Source: an uncultured Solirubrobacterales bacterium (GTDB lineage Bacteria; Actinomycetota; Thermoleophilia; Solirubrobacterales; 70-9). Taken from it: 64,000 bases of DNA. The notes beneath the pieces were generated by a model, which saw nothing but the letters and a program-made list of their open reading frames with translations, ran no database searches and was not told the DNA's origin. A program made the position numbers and the translations under genes. The stretch lies in assembly GCA_963788975.1 (NCBI GenBank), contig CAWBIJ010000003.1, forward strand, positions 71,156-135,155, given 5' to 3'. Shown here in pieces: positions 61,914-64,000 of the stretch (position 1 is the stretch's first letter; each line of letters begins with the position of its first letter).

Positions 61914-64000
61914 CTAACCCTGCTCGACGCCGACGATGTCGGCCTTGCCGTCACCGTCGATGTCACCTGTGTTGAGGAAGTAAGGACCTCCCATCCCCGT
62001 GAGCACCGCGCTCCAACTCGAAACTCCGGAGCCGCTGCTGATTCCGAACATGTAGCGGTATTTGCCACCGCCTTCCGCCTCGACGCTGACGATGTCGGCC
62101 TTGCCGTCTTTGTTGACATCGCCGAGATCCATCATCTCCGAGTAGCTCATTCCCGTCAGGACAGAGCCCCAGCTCGAGATGCCGGAACCACTGCTCACCC
62201 CCCGCATGTAGCGGTATTTGCCGCCTTCGGACTCGACGCTGACGATGTCGGCCTTGCCGTCGCCAGTGAAGTCGCCGAGGGCCATCTTGTGTGGATAGCC
62301 CATGCCTCCCAGCACCTGACTCCAACTGGAAATCCCGGTGCCGCTTCCGATTCCGAACATGTAGCGATAGGACCCTCCGCCGGCTGGCTCGACGGCGACG
62401 ATGTCGGCCTTGCCGTCGGCATTTACGTCTGCAACCCCGAATCTGGTCGGCTCGCTCATCCCGCTCAACACGCTGGTCCAGCTCGACACCCCGGAGCCAC
62501 TGCTGATTCCGAACATGTAGCGGTATTTGCCACCGCCTTCGGGCTCAACGCTGACGATGTCAGCTTTGCCGTCTTTGTTGACGTCGGCGACCGCCATCGC
62601 AGTCGGAAGACCCATTCCGCTCAGAACGGTCTTCCAGCTCGCGACCCCGCCGGATCCCCCACTGGCTCCGAGGACATAGCGGTACTGGGCCCCTTCGGAC
62701 TCGACGCTGACGATGTCGGCCTTGCCGTCGCCGGTGAAGTCGCCCATGTCCGTCCGCTGCGGAGTCTTCATCCAGCTCTGAACCGTGTCCCAGCTGGAGA
62801 CCGCTCCACCCGTGCTGAATCCGACCTTATGGCGGTAGGAACCGCCCGGCTCGGCCTCCGTGCTGACGATGTCCGATTTCCCGTCGGCGTTGAAATCGGC
62901 CACGTCCATCTGCTCGGCATAACTCATCCCAGTGAGAACAGAACCCCAGCTCGACACTCCGCCTCCAGAGCTTTTGCCCAACATGAAGCGGTATTTGCCG
63001 TTGCCTTCGGACTCGACACTGACGATGTCGGCCTTGCCGTCACCGGTGAAGTCGCCGAGGGCCAGCTGGCCGGGGGCGCTCATCCCGGAGAGGACCGAGC
63101 CCCAGCTCGAGACCCCAGATCCACTGCTGATCCCAAGCATGTAGCGGTATTTGCCGTTGCCTTCGGACTCGACACTGACGATGTCGGCCTTGCCGTCACC
63201 GGTGAAGTCGCCGAGGGCCAGCTGGCCGGGGGCGCTCATCCCGGAGAGGACCGAGCCCCAGCTCGAGACCCCAGATCCACTGCTGATCCCAAGCATGTAG
63301 CGGTATTTGCCGTTGCCTTCGGACTCGACGCTGACGATGTCGGCTTTGCCGTCACCGGTGAAGTCGCCGAGGGCCAGCTGGCCGGGGGCGCTCATCCCGG
63401 AGAGGACCGAGCCCCAGCTCGAGACCCCAGATCCACTGCTGATCCCAAGCATGTAGCGGTATTTGCCGTTGCCTTCGGACTCGACGCTGACGATGTCGGC
63501 TTTGCCGTCACCGGTGAAGTCGCCGAGATCGAAGTTGGCGGGAAGGCCCATCCCGCTCAGCACGGAACTCCAAGCCGAGACACTACTTCCCGAGCCGGTA
63601 CCCAACCGATAGCGGTACGAGTTCCCTCCTTCGTATTCGACGCTGACGATGTCGGCTTTGCCGTCGCCGGTGAAGTCGCCGACCTCGGTGGGACCGAAGG
63701 CCATACCGAGCGACGTATTCCAGCTCGAGATCCCTGCGCCGCTGCTCAAGCCACGCATATAGCGGTACCCGGTCGTCGTGAAGCTTCCATTCGCACCGTA
63801 GCTGGTGCCGCCAGCGTGCGTCGCGACCAGGCGGTAGTGGTATGTGGTGCCGGGCAACAACCCAGATACGACTGAGCTGACGTTGACGATGCTTAGTCCA
63901 GAGCCAGCATTCGCACTGGGAATCGGTACCGATCTGCCGTACTCGGTCGTAGTTCCGTATTCGAAATGGTAGGCCGTCGAATATCCGCCGGGATTGATTG
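61914..64000 (-). CDS. FG-GAP/VCBS repeat (beta-propeller-like) protein with N-terminal Fn3-like domain, 5' end outside window
   Basis: About 12 units of GDFTGDGKADIVSVESEG..KYRYMLG.SSGSGVSSW.SVLSGM. The frame stays open upstream of the listed TTG (63860) to the window edge (INPGGYSTAYHFEYGTTTEYG...TTYHYRLVA). Confidence 0.8.
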   Translation of the reverse strand, partial: INPGGYSTAYHFEYGTTTEYGRSVPIPSANAGSGLSIVNVSSVVSGLLPGTTYHYRLVATHAGGTSYGANGSFTTTGYRYMRGLSSGAGISSWNTSLGMAFGPTEVGDFTGDGKADIVSVEYEGGNSYRYRLGTGSGSSVSAWSSVLSGMGLPANFDLGDFTGDGKADIVSVESEGNGKYRYMLGISSGSGVSSWGSVLSGMSAPGQLALGDFTGDGKADIVSVESEGNGKYRYMLGISSGSGVSSWGSVLSGMSAPGQLALGDFTGDGKADIVSVESEGNGKYRYMLGISSGSGVSSWGSVLSGMSAPGQLALGDFTGDGKADIVSVESEGNGKYRFMLGKSSGGGVSSWGSVLTGMSYAEQMDVADFNADGKSDIVSTEAEPGGSYRHKVGFSTGGAVSSWDTVQSWMKTPQRTDMGDFTGDGKADIVSVESEGAQYRYVLGASGGSGGVASWKTVLSGMGLPTAMAVADVNKDGKADIVSVEPEGGGKYRYMFGISSGSGVSSWTSVLSGMSEPTRFGVADVNADGKADIVAVEPAGGGSYRYMFGIGSGTGISSWSQVLGGMGYPHKMALGDFTGDGKADIVSVESEGGKYRYMRGVSSGSGISSWGSVLTGMSYSEMMDLGDVNKDGKADIVSVEAEGGGKYRYMFGISSGSGVSSWSAVLTGMGGPYFLNTGDIDGDGKADIVGVEQG
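62982..63530. repeat. tandem 156-bp coding repeats, three nearly identical copies
   Basis: The phase marker CATGTAGCGGTATTTGCCGTTGCCTTCGGACTCGAC recurs at 63138, 63294 and 63450, with a diverged copy at 62982. The encoded 52-aa units are identical (GDFTGDGKADIVSVESEGNGKYRYMLGISSGSGVSSWGSVLSGMSAPGQLAL). Confidence 0.85.

Noticed and set aside
59100-63600. Regularly spaced repeats that could be mistaken for a CRISPR array.
   Set aside because: The periods are 144 and 156 bp with no unique spacers. The repeats are fully contained in long ORFs and encode protein repeats.

Overview
This is a high-GC bacterial chromosome segment. By eye about 70% GC in the core genes, with clearly AT-richer patches. 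Gene content looks like Actinomycetota, possibly Thermoleophilia/Solirubrobacterales-like, but that is inference only. I found no rRNA, no intact tRNA and no CRISPR array.

Layout:
- 1-3.8 kb: trxB, then a complete 3.2-kb IS1-family element with terminal inverted repeats and an 8-bp target duplication. It carries a DUF433/DUF5615 toxin-antitoxin pair and small regulators.
- 3.8-6 kb: two lipid-related membrane proteins.
- 6.1-12.9 kb: a respiratory and haem A cluster. It contains an intact oxidase subunit II/I pair that has lost nearly all metal ligands, then ctaB, a dihaem cytochrome c, ctaA and a GxGD-motif membrane protein.
- 13.2-18.4 kb: the canonical ctaC-ctaD-ctaE oxidase operon on the minus strand, interrupted by Rossmann-like (USP/HUP-type) domain proteins.
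- 18.4-27 kb: a GT4 glycosyltransferase, small membrane proteins, a frameshifted amidase with a small upstream partner ORF, an ABC-2 exporter and a GH63-like glycosidase.
- 27-38 kb: housekeeping genes (infA, cca, alr, nnr, acpS, glmS, glmM, rpsI, rplM).
- 38-41 kb: an M23 peptidase, a Fur/Zur regulator with ZIP transporter and a palindromic operator, and a low-GC gene for a secreted Cys-rich protein.
- 41-51.5 kb: guaA, guaB3-like, pfkB, a DD-carboxypeptidase, LysM, pyrF, hup, pmbA, tldD and a roadblock protein.
- 51.7-64 kb: an accessory region with TasA-like exported proteins, other secreted proteins, a tRNA 3' fragment, and two very large repeat proteins (GH5-like plus 48-aa repeats; FG-GAP).

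Cross-cutting signals:
- A palindromic intergenic repeat family with 4 copies.
- An 86-bp segment shared in frame by guaA and the DD-carboxypeptidase gene.
- pyrF has no canonical start codon.

All calls come from manual reading and motif recognition. No searches were run.
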